Virus record (IMG/VR): IMGVR_UViG_3300042554_003175
Span: 1 to 25,834 of that record
From: a virus
Taxonomy: Duplodnaviria > Caudoviricetes
DNA length: 25,834 nucleotides
Direction: 5' to 3' (one strand)
Every line of letters starts with the position of its first letter. Position 1 is the first letter of the stretch. The notes beneath the pieces are model-generated. The model was not told the origin of the DNA, searched no databases, and worked only from the letters and a program-made list of their open reading frames with translations. The translations under genes and the position numbers were made by a program. Below are positions 17,033 through 24,254 of this stretch, in pieces.

Positions 17033-18483
17033 TTTGTTTCTTCTTGCACTGCAGTTGATGTTAAACCAATACCGCCTGTAGGCACAGCACCCATTCTTCC
17101 ATCAAAGTAACTGCTCATTCCAGACTTTGCGACAGAAACAGGAGTTAAATCTTTTAACTTCTTTTTCTTAGGCTTCTTATTTTCTTCTTCGCCGATGGTT
17201 GGCTCAGCAGACCTGGCAACGGCAATGCCGCCCCCTCTTGCATCTCCCGAATATCCTTCCAATGGACTCTGTTCTTTTCTTCGAACGCCTTTCTTTTTAT
17301 CTTCATCAGCGATTTTTTCAGCTTGCGAATAATCTTTAACATCATTTGTCACTTGTCCTGGTGTTAAATGTTTAATGAAATTAGCAGCGTCATCCGCGCC
17401 TGCCTCTAAAACTTTTTCGTCAAGAAAACGTTCAACACCTTCTGACAATTCTCTCAACCAACCTGCAATTTCACTCTTACGAGTTTCTTCAGCAATAATA
17501 ATATTTTCTGAGTTATCGTAAATGAAGAATGTTTTGAATTGTTCAAAGAACAAATTCATATTTGCAACTGACGTTTGATACCGTTGTGAACGAACTTCTT
17601 CATTAAAGGTCTTTGAGCCTTTTGTGAGGCGGAAGTTGTTACGATTGCGAGAAACTTCATCTGAAGTATAGACGAATACCATGGCTGTATCATAACCCAT
17701 GGCTTCAAGAATTGCTTTTGAAACGATAATCTTTTCTTTATTCTCAGCAGTGCCATTAATAATTACAGATGGATGATCTTCAAGTTCAAGAAGATTCTTC
17801 TGTTCTAGAATTGCTTTGTTTAATTTATCGAGACTTAATTCAATTAAATTGTGCTCATTGAACACTGAATGAATAAGAAAATCTTTACCGCTTCCTGGTC
17901 CACCAACAAGGAAAATTGCTTTATAACTTTCTTTTAGTTTACTCATGCCTGCTTTTACCTTGTCATGTATATGTGCGCCAAGTTTCTTGTCGCTATATTT
18001 TGAAATAAATTCGTCTCTTTTTCCAGCAGCAACTAATGCTCGATGTTTAGAAGCAGATTCTCCTTCTTCTCCTTCTGAATCTGGATCGCGATGACCTGCT
18101 GATTTGACTTCTATCTTTTTAATTTTTGGGAATTCTTTTGCACGATACTTGTTCAATAACTCTTGATATTCACCGACACGATCCGAACCAGCATGAATCG
18201 TGACGTGAGTATGACCCTGCTTTTCCATATGCTGCATAGCATGAATGATGGTGCGGATCTTTGGGTGTGAAACGACGTTTGCCTTCGGAAATAGTTTACG
18301 AAGTGCATGAACTTTATCCCCATGAGACAAGGGATTGCTACGGCTATCTTGCGTGTGGGTTGGGAAAATATAGTGTGTCCCGCCTGTTTTTTCGGCGTGC
18401 TCCATCGCACCGTGGACGACTCTTCCGTGACCTTCTTCTGTTGGAGGGTTAAAACGACCCCATACTACTGTTGCTTTACTCAT
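17029..18483 (-). CDS. Cytidylyltransferase-like (HIGH-superfamily) domain fused to a P-loop kinase (AAA_33/PNK/zeta-like)
   Basis: WGRFNPPTEEGH, NPLS, AGSDRV, SAGHRDPD, SASKHR (T4-like phage cytidylyltransferase family), then KAIFLVGGPGSGKD...IINGT...GYDTAMVFV...RN. ATG 18483 is preferred over TTG 18504. Confidence 0.85.
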   Translation of the reverse strand: MSKATVVWGRFNPPTEEGHGRVVHGAMEHAEKTGGTHYIFPTHTQDSRSNPLSHGDKVHALRKLFPKANVVSHPKIRTIIHAMQHMEKQGHTHVTIHAGSDRVGEYQELLNKYRAKEFPKIKKIEVKSAGHRDPDSEGEEGESASKHRALVAAGKRDEFISKYSDKKLGAHIHDKVKAGMSKLKESYKAIFLVGGPGSGKDFLIHSVFNEHNLIELSLDKLNKAILEQKNLLELEDHPSVIINGTAENKEKIIVSKAILEAMGYDTAMVFVYTSDEVSRNRNNFRLTKGSKTFNEEVRSQRYQTSVANMNLFFEQFKTFFIYDNSENIIIAEETRKSEIAGWLRELSEGVERFLDEKVLEAGADDAANFIKHLTPGQVTNDVKDYSQAEKIADEDKKKGVRRKEQSPLEGYSGDARGGGIAVARSAEPTIGEEENKKPKKKKLKDLTPVSVAKSGMSSYFDGRMGAVPTGGIGLTSTAVQEETK

Positions 18484-18509
18484 ATTTTTACCATCTGTTG
18501 GCAATAAGA

Positions 18510-19679
18510 TTATTTATTCTTCCTTCCTTTTAGAAGATTTTGTCGCGCGAACTCTTCGCGATCGACTAATTTTGTGGGGTGACCATTATGAACCATTACA
18601 AATCCCTCAGGCTTGGTAGCCTTACCTTCAATATGATGCTCAAATTCAGCGGAGGAAGATAACGTATTTACCAAAGCATTTTTAGCCTTTTGAATGGCGT
18701 GGTGGATTTTAAATGCTTGAGATAGATGGCGATGATTGCGGTTTACGTCGTTATTGAATGCATTAAGGGCTTCGTGTTGCTTTAATTTACCTTTTTGAGT
18801 CTTTTTCTTCTCAATTTCATTCTCGAAACGATTGGAAACAAAGGAACGATAACCCTCTACGCTCGGTTTAGTACCTTCTCGGACAGTATGATTGATGTAT
18901 CGATCTAGGTGCTCGCCGTGTGAACGAACCACGTGATACATCTCAGGATGAGACGCCTGATGATGGCGAACTGCGGCTTTGAGGTAAGTATCGAACTCTT
19001 TTTTATTCTTTTCGGAATGTTCCGCAGGTTTAACGCCTGGGTGAATTAGATGAACATCTGAATGAGAACCGAACTTATCGTGGTCGACGTCGAATCCAGC
19101 GGTCATATCGCTTAAATCCGATCCGTGGTATTTGGTATGAACGACCAAACCGATATGAGCCTTGGCTATCTTTTGACCGTGTTCTGAATCTGTAGGAGTA
19201 GAATAGGTGATCGTATTTGGAGTGAAATGATATTTTCCACCCTTTTTAGCCACGTCACCTTTGGTATACATTAGGTCGCCTTGATAGACGCCGTGTTTTG
19301 GAGCAACTTTAGGGAGATGGCGTAGTGCGGTTTTGAGTTTTTCAACTAAACCTGGAGCGTGACCGTGGTTCTTTTCGATATCGGCTTCGGTATAATTAAT
19401 TTTGGGGCTTTTGTTAAATGCAGACTTGCTGGCTACGAAAAACTTGCCCGTTTGTGGATGACGACCAAATACGAGCGAAGGAGATCCGTCGTACTTGGTC
19501 GTCACTTTTGTTGTATTGAACGCACCGTGAAGTTTGTCGTTCACTGCCGAGAGAGCATCAACTGTGTGGTGAAATCCAGACTCACCACCGTGAATAAAGT
19601 TATCTTCAGCGTGTGTTAAGTGTGTTAGATGCTTAACTGGTTCAATTTCTTCCGTTAGATAATTTCTAAAAGATAACAT
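18510..19679 (-). CDS. DUF6267-like protein with ligase/nucleotidyltransferase KxDG motif
   Basis: 389 aa. HLTHAED, TTKYDGSPSLVFG, FFVASKS, VYQGDLMY, FTPNTITY, PEGFV, KLVDREEF resemble covalent nucleotidyltransferase motifs I, III, IV and V. Leader MLSFRNYLTE. Confidence 0.75.
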   Translation of the reverse strand: MLSFRNYLTEEIEPVKHLTHLTHAEDNFIHGGESGFHHTVDALSAVNDKLHGAFNTTKVTTKYDGSPSLVFGRHPQTGKFFVASKSAFNKSPKINYTEADIEKNHGHAPGLVEKLKTALRHLPKVAPKHGVYQGDLMYTKGDVAKKGGKYHFTPNTITYSTPTDSEHGQKIAKAHIGLVVHTKYHGSDLSDMTAGFDVDHDKFGSHSDVHLIHPGVKPAEHSEKNKKEFDTYLKAAVRHHQASHPEMYHVVRSHGEHLDRYINHTVREGTKPSVEGYRSFVSNRFENEIEKKKTQKGKLKQHEALNAFNNDVNRNHRHLSQAFKIHHAIQKAKNALVNTLSSSAEFEHHIEGKATKPEGFVMVHNGHPTKLVDREEFARQNLLKGRKNK

Positions 19680-19681
19680 TA

Positions 19682-19723
19682 AAATATACTCTCTCCGCTC
19701 TGTGGGATATGAGTATATTTAGT
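19682..19723 (-). promoter_or_regulatory. RBS-sequestering hairpin overlapped by late promoter variant ACTAAATA
   Basis: 10-bp perfect inverted repeat at 19682-19691 / 19711-19720 enclosing the GGAGAGAG RBS; ACTAAATA at 19716-19723 overlaps the 5' arm. Confidence 0.65.
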
Positions 19724-19733
19724 TTCTTTTAGA

Positions 19734-20510
19734 TTACTGCTTCATCTTAGCAATTGCTTCAGCTAATGCTTCACGCACTGGACGCATTGCAGGATGGGCT
19801 GGAATTGTGCAGGTTGAACGCGAAGCCAACGTAGCAGCTTTGAATTCTTCCTCAGTAAACCACTGAACGTTCTCCAATCCCATCAATTCAACGAGTTCAT
19901 GCATATTGACCGAACCTTCGTTGACGAGATTTACAGGACCTGTTTCGCCCTTTTCGATAAGATCACAGGCAACGCGAACGGCTTCGTCGAGATCCGTAAG
20001 AGAGTTTTGACCTGAGTCAATCAACTTACCAGTCTTGGCATAGTTCATTACCTTTGTGAGATAATTCTTCTTTTCATTCAAACCAGTGAATGGCATACGA
20101 ATGCGAAACACAAGAGCACGATCCTTCAAGTAAAGATCTGAAACGCCCTTGGTAACGGAATAGATGCTACCGAAGTAATTTGGATCTTCGTTTACATGAG
20201 TGATCTCGCCTTGGTAAATGCAACCGCTCGAGAAGTGAGCCAACTTTGTCCAGCCTCTGTTGCATGCATCAAGAAGTAGGGCTGGGAAAATGGCATTTGC
20301 TTCTGCCGTTTCTTCGCGTTGCAACTCACAAGCATCAACGTTTGGTGAACCAGTCATGCCTGCGCAATTTACCACCCACTGATACCCACCGTCAGTAGCC
20401 TCTTCAAGAGCATCTTCATGGCTACAATAAGTTACAATATGACCTCGTTTGACGAGTTCATTGAAAACTTTTTTACCTGTCCATCCACGACCAACAACTA
20501 GAATTTTCAT
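19734..20510 (-). CDS. NDP-4-keto-6-deoxyglucose 3,5-epimerase/4-reductase (NRS/ER, UER1-type; RmlD-like SDR)
   Basis: NCAGMTGSPNVDACE, SGCIY, PNYFGSIYSVTK, RIRMP, KNYLTK, NSLTDLDE parallel the plant UER1 motifs (NAAGVTGRPNVDWCE, TGCIF, PNFTGSFYSKTK, RVRMP, RNFITK, NSMTILDE). Start ATG 20510 after GAGGTG. Confidence 0.8.
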   Translation of the reverse strand: MKILVVGRGWTGKKVFNELVKRGHIVTYCSHEDALEEATDGGYQWVVNCAGMTGSPNVDACELQREETAEANAIFPALLLDACNRGWTKLAHFSSGCIYQGEITHVNEDPNYFGSIYSVTKGVSDLYLKDRALVFRIRMPFTGLNEKKNYLTKVMNYAKTGKLIDSGQNSLTDLDEAVRVACDLIEKGETGPVNLVNEGSVNMHELVELMGLENVQWFTEEEFKAATLASRSTCTIPAHPAMRPVREALAEAIAKMKQ

Positions 20511-20518
20511 TTTACACC

Positions 20519-21397
20519 TCAACTATAACGACCCATAGATATGATTTTATCAAGATACTTACCATAATCAGATTTTGAATACTTCTTAGCGGCATTCGAT
20601 AACTGATGTTGTGTAATCCAAGCATTACGATAAGCAATTTCCTCTGGGCATGCAATCATTGTGCCAGTTCTTCTTTGAACTGAACCCACAAAGGTTGATG
20701 CTTCAGCAAGAGATTCAAAAGTGCCTGTATCAATCCAGGCAATACCACGATTTAAATATTCCACCTTACAGCTATGATCTTTCATGTAGATATTGTTAAT
20801 GTCGGTGATTTCAAGTTCACCACGAGCAGAAGGAGCAATTTGCCACGCATAATCTACGACGTTATTGTCGTAGAAATATAATCCTGTCACAGCATAGTTT
20901 GTTGGAGCAACTTTTGGTTTCTCAAGAATTGCAACTGGATCGCCGTGTTCGTTCACTTCAAGAACACCGAAACGTTCTGGATCCTGAACATGATAGGCGA
21001 ACAAAGTGCAACCTTGATTGTTTTTGGCATAATTGAAGCGATTGATTAAATCATTTCCGTAGAAAATGTTATCGCCAAGAATCAAAGCAACTTCGTCTTT
21101 ACCAATCCATTTCTCAGCAATACGAAAGCACTCAGCAATTCCTTTTGGCTCTAATTGAACTGCGTATGTAATGTTTAAACCCCATTGCGACCCATCTTTG
21201 AGCAAACGTTTAAATTGCTCAGCATCATTGGGTGAATTGATGATCATAATATCGCGAATACCAGCAAGCATTAGCGTAGTGAGCGGATAGTAAACAAGTG
21301 GCTTGTCGTAAACAGGCAACAATTGCTTTGATGTCACTTCAGTGCATGGATACAAACGAGTGCCCATGCCACCAGATAAGATTATTCCCTTTCTCAT
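20519..21397 (-). CDS. rmlA: Glucose-1-phosphate thymidylyltransferase
   Basis: KGIILSGGMGTRLYP, SKQLLPVYDKP, LILGDNIFYG, EKP, AVTGLYFYD, SARGELEITD, AWIDTGT. Confidence 0.95.
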   Translation of the reverse strand: MRKGIILSGGMGTRLYPCTEVTSKQLLPVYDKPLVYYPLTTLMLAGIRDIMIINSPNDAEQFKRLLKDGSQWGLNITYAVQLEPKGIAECFRIAEKWIGKDEVALILGDNIFYGNDLINRFNYAKNNQGCTLFAYHVQDPERFGVLEVNEHGDPVAILEKPKVAPTNYAVTGLYFYDNNVVDYAWQIAPSARGELEITDINNIYMKDHSCKVEYLNRGIAWIDTGTFESLAEASTFVGSVQRRTGTMIACPEEIAYRNAWITQHQLSNAAKKYSKSDYGKYLDKIISMGRYS

Positions 21398-22341
21398 TTA
21401 TACCACTCCAATGTTTTTTCAAGACCCACAATAATATCTGTTTTTGCTGACCAGCCAAGTTCCTTTTGAATCTTTTCAGCGTTCATTGCATATCTAAAGT
21501 CATGACCTTTACGATCACTCACAAAATTAATCCATGACTGATACATGTTGATTGGTTTGCCCATAATGTCAAGAATCATAGCAACCATTTCAAGATTACT
21601 TACTTCGTGACCGCCACCAATATTATATCGCTCGCCAGATTTAAAGTTTTTACCAATCTCAAGTAAAGCCTCGCAATGATCTTCGACATATAACCAGTCA
21701 CGAACGTTTTGACCTGTGCCATAAACAGGAACAGGCGTATTGTTTTTGATATGCCGAATTACAGTTGGGATAAACTTTTCTTTGTGTTGACGAGGACCAT
21801 AATTGTTCGAGCAATTGGTCACAATTGCATCAATCTTATGAGTATTTACATAAGACCGAACAAGATGATCGCTGGCGGCTTTAGTTGCCGAATACGGATT
21901 GCGAGGATTGTATGGAGTTGTTTCCATAAATGGAGGATCTTCGCGAGTCAAACTACCATATACTTCGTCAGTTGAAATATGAACGAGTTTACCGCCATAT
22001 TTTTTGATGCACTTTAAAATGTTGTGAGTGCCATTAATATTAGTGCTGAGGAAAACATCGTCACCGTCAATAGAATTATCAACGTGAGACTCAGCAGCAA
22101 AATGGTAAGTAATTTCTGGTTCATAACGATTGTACAGTAAATCTAGATTTTCATGATCTCTAATATCGACGTGTTTCAAAGAAACACGCCAATCGTCCAA
22201 ATATCCTTCTAGGTTTTTGACATCTGCTGCATAAGAGTTATTGTCAATAATAACAAGTTCGTCTGAGGGATATTTTTTAAGGTGAGCGATTACAAAATTA
22301 GAACCGATAAATCCCAAACCACCAGTCACAAATGTAGTCAT
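21394..22341 (-). CDS. rmlB: dTDP-glucose 4,6-dehydratase
   Basis: VTGGLGFIGSN, HFAAESHVDNSI, HISTDEVYG, PYSATKA, NCSNNYGPRQHKEKFIP, RDWLYVEDH, DRKGHDFRYA. Confidence 0.95.
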   Translation of the reverse strand: MTTFVTGGLGFIGSNFVIAHLKKYPSDELVIIDNNSYAADVKNLEGYLDDWRVSLKHVDIRDHENLDLLYNRYEPEITYHFAAESHVDNSIDGDDVFLSTNINGTHNILKCIKKYGGKLVHISTDEVYGSLTREDPPFMETTPYNPRNPYSATKAASDHLVRSYVNTHKIDAIVTNCSNNYGPRQHKEKFIPTVIRHIKNNTPVPVYGTGQNVRDWLYVEDHCEALLEIGKNFKSGERYNIGGGHEVSNLEMVAMILDIMGKPINMYQSWINFVSDRKGHDFRYAMNAEKIQKELGWSAKTDIIVGLEKTLEWYK

Positions 22342-22347
22342 AAAACC

Positions 22348-23259
22348 TCATCGTTCAACAATCACAACGTTTTTATTTATGCGCTTTTTATACGCAGCCA
22401 AAATTCTAATTCCTGGATATTCTTTTATACTCTTTCTCGTCTTATCATTACGAATAAAGAAGTATACATCTTTATCGCCTTTTACATCTGTCATGTCAGT
22501 AATTACATGACTTACATCAATTACCAAATTTTCACCTTCTAATTTAAAGTCATCATTACTGAATGTCTTTGTGATCACAGCACCATTTTGAGCAAGATCT
22601 GATCCGAATACAACATCGTTCTTTTCTTTGCGAGTTGATGTGACTGCAATATTAGGTTCAATTGTATAATAACTTCCTTGATTAATCAACTTTGTTTGCT
22701 CATTTTTTATTGCTTTATCAATAATTTTTTTGGCTTCTTCGCTAAAATATGAGTCCGCAGATTCCCAAGTTTCAGCATCATCTTTTTTGATTGATACAGG
22801 AAACTTCTGCATTCTTTTATTCATAAACATTACATCTGCTTTTTTTCTTCCTGCAGTGTCCGCACCAACGGAACCCACAGAAGTGCAAGATGGTATTTTA
22901 AAGGTTTTATTTTTTCCTTTGAATACAATATTCACACTGCCCATTTTCTTTATGGTCTTTTGAACCATATCAACTAGGAATTGTTCATTTCCAACTCCAG
23001 CAGAGGCACCTCCCTGCTTACCCGCAGGTTTTGCCAAAATCACAAATTTCCCGATCTTCACTTTACCGACAGAAGATTCAGAAGATGGGTTTTTATCGTA
23101 GTTACTTCCCTTTATGCTCTTATTTAAATTTTTAAGAACATCTATTCGATTTTCTTCCGTCAAAACCGCAATTTTGTTATTGCTAATTTTCTTAACATTT
23201 CTGTAACCAATAGAATTGACTAAAGCAATTACAGTTTCAATCGAAGTGATTTGCGGCAT
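22348..23259 (-). CDS. Hypothetical PD-(D/E)xK-like (restriction endonuclease-like) protein
   Basis: 303 aa. G.GNE helix followed by KKADV...PVSIKK, a plausible E...D...SxK active-site variant. Confidence 0.55.
   Translation of the reverse strand: MPQITSIETVIALVNSIGYRNVKKISNNKIAVLTEENRIDVLKNLNKSIKGSNYDKNPSSESSVGKVKIGKFVILAKPAGKQGGASAGVGNEQFLVDMVQKTIKKMGSVNIVFKGKNKTFKIPSCTSVGSVGADTAGRKKADVMFMNKRMQKFPVSIKKDDAETWESADSYFSEEAKKIIDKAIKNEQTKLINQGSYYTIEPNIAVTSTRKEKNDVVFGSDLAQNGAVITKTFSNDDFKLEGENLVIDVSHVITDMTDVKGDKDVYFFIRNDKTRKSIKEYPGIRILAAYKKRINKNVVIVER
22374..22381 (-). promoter_or_regulatory. Possible late promoter CATAAATA upstream of rmlB
   Basis: One mismatch to TATAAATA, 33 nt before the rmlB ATG. 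It lies in coding sequence, so it could be chance. Confidence 0.35.
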
Positions 23260-23263
23260 CTAA

Positions 23264-23647
23264 TCACTCGTAGATTCTTGGATTTTTTTTACCGTAGTTT
23301 CTCATAATAACTCCAGCAACACTATTTGCTTCGTTCTCAAATTCGCTACCAGTTTCACCAGCGTAGTTTGTTAACACACCATCTAGATTTTGTTTATGAT
23401 GTACCATTTCATGGGCTAAAGTTCTAAGAACGTCAGCAGTATGTCTACCGCCTGTATTCAAATAGATCTTTTTCTCGCTCGGAGAATACCCACCAAAACT
23501 CTTATTTTCAGCAGCAATAGCCTTATCGGGAATTAGCACTAGTTCAGGCATTTCGCTTACGTTTAGATAATCTCTACAGTAATCCATAAAGTCGTCAATG
23601 TGACTTTTTGTTTCCTGTTCTTTTAGGTATTGCTTGTACTTCAACAT
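23264..23647 (-). CDS. Small zincin-like (HExxH) metalloprotein with capsid-targeting-like leader
   Basis: LRTLAHEMVHHKQ plus downstream ENEAN; SFGGY strand; leader MLKYKQYLKE. Confidence 0.75.
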   Translation of the reverse strand: MLKYKQYLKEQETKSHIDDFMDYCRDYLNVSEMPELVLIPDKAIAAENKSFGGYSPSEKKIYLNTGGRHTADVLRTLAHEMVHHKQNLDGVLTNYAGETGSEFENEANSVAGVIMRNYGKKNPRIYE

Positions 23648-24254
23648 TGAGTTTGTAAACCTTCTTAAGAAACCGTTTCCATATCTTCGGATCGGCTTTC
23701 CGAAAATGCAGTCGGTACATATAGATTGACTCGCATTCGGTCCAATTAATCTTATGTGCCTTACGAAGGTTATTTATATTCAGATGCTCGGCTTGAGTCT
23801 CATAAGCGTGAGCATCAATCTCGTCTGGATTTCCATAGTACATCAACTTCATACGATCTTTTTTCTGCTTTGGCGTATACTGTTTAGTGTAAGAATAGCC
23901 TCGACCACGCTGTTGATGCTTATGGCGATACTCGTGGTGAATCGCTCGAACGACTTTTATCGCCAGATTCTTGGCTTCTTTTTCGGTAATGACCACCTTT
24001 TTATTCGCAACAGGAAAACTTAACGTAATCAATATGTTTTCAGGAATCGTCGAAAAGATTCGAGGACAATATTGCCCTGAAACAATAACTGAGTGGTTTG
24101 GGAGATGGGCTTCATCGTAGCGCGAGGAAGTGAAATAAATGATAGACTTCTGAAACGTTTTATTCAGACTGCGAATGATAGCAGGTACAGACTTGACGCC
24201 CACCCAAGATGGGCTAATGGCGTCAACTTTTTTCTGTATCTTGTCTAATTTCAT
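23595..24254 (-). CDS. Zincin-like (HExxH) hypothetical protein
   Basis: IHHEYRHKHQ and YYGNPDEIDAHAYE; ATGA overlap with the helicase stop. Confidence 0.7.
   Translation of the reverse strand: MKLDKIQKKVDAISPSWVGVKSVPAIIRSLNKTFQKSIIYFTSSRYDEAHLPNHSVIVSGQYCPRIFSTIPENILITLSFPVANKKVVITEKEAKNLAIKVVRAIHHEYRHKHQQRGRGYSYTKQYTPKQKKDRMKLMYYGNPDEIDAHAYETQAEHLNINNLRKAHKINWTECESIYMYRLHFRKADPKIWKRFLKKVYKLNVEVQAIPKRTGNKKSH
23771..23778 (-). promoter_or_regulatory. T4-type late promoter TATAAATA inside 23595..24254
   Basis: Exact consensus about 125 nt upstream of the 23647 start codon. Confidence 0.55.

Noticed and set aside
18511-18518. AATAAATA as a late promoter for the cytidylyltransferase gene
   Set aside because: It coincides with the Asn-Lys-stop codons of the upstream gene, so it cannot be distinguished from coding coincidence. 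Plausible but not listed.
19734-22341. Bacterial O-antigen locus or host contamination
   Set aside because: The genes are flanked by and tightly packed with T4-like genes, and no wzx/wzy or other host genes are present.
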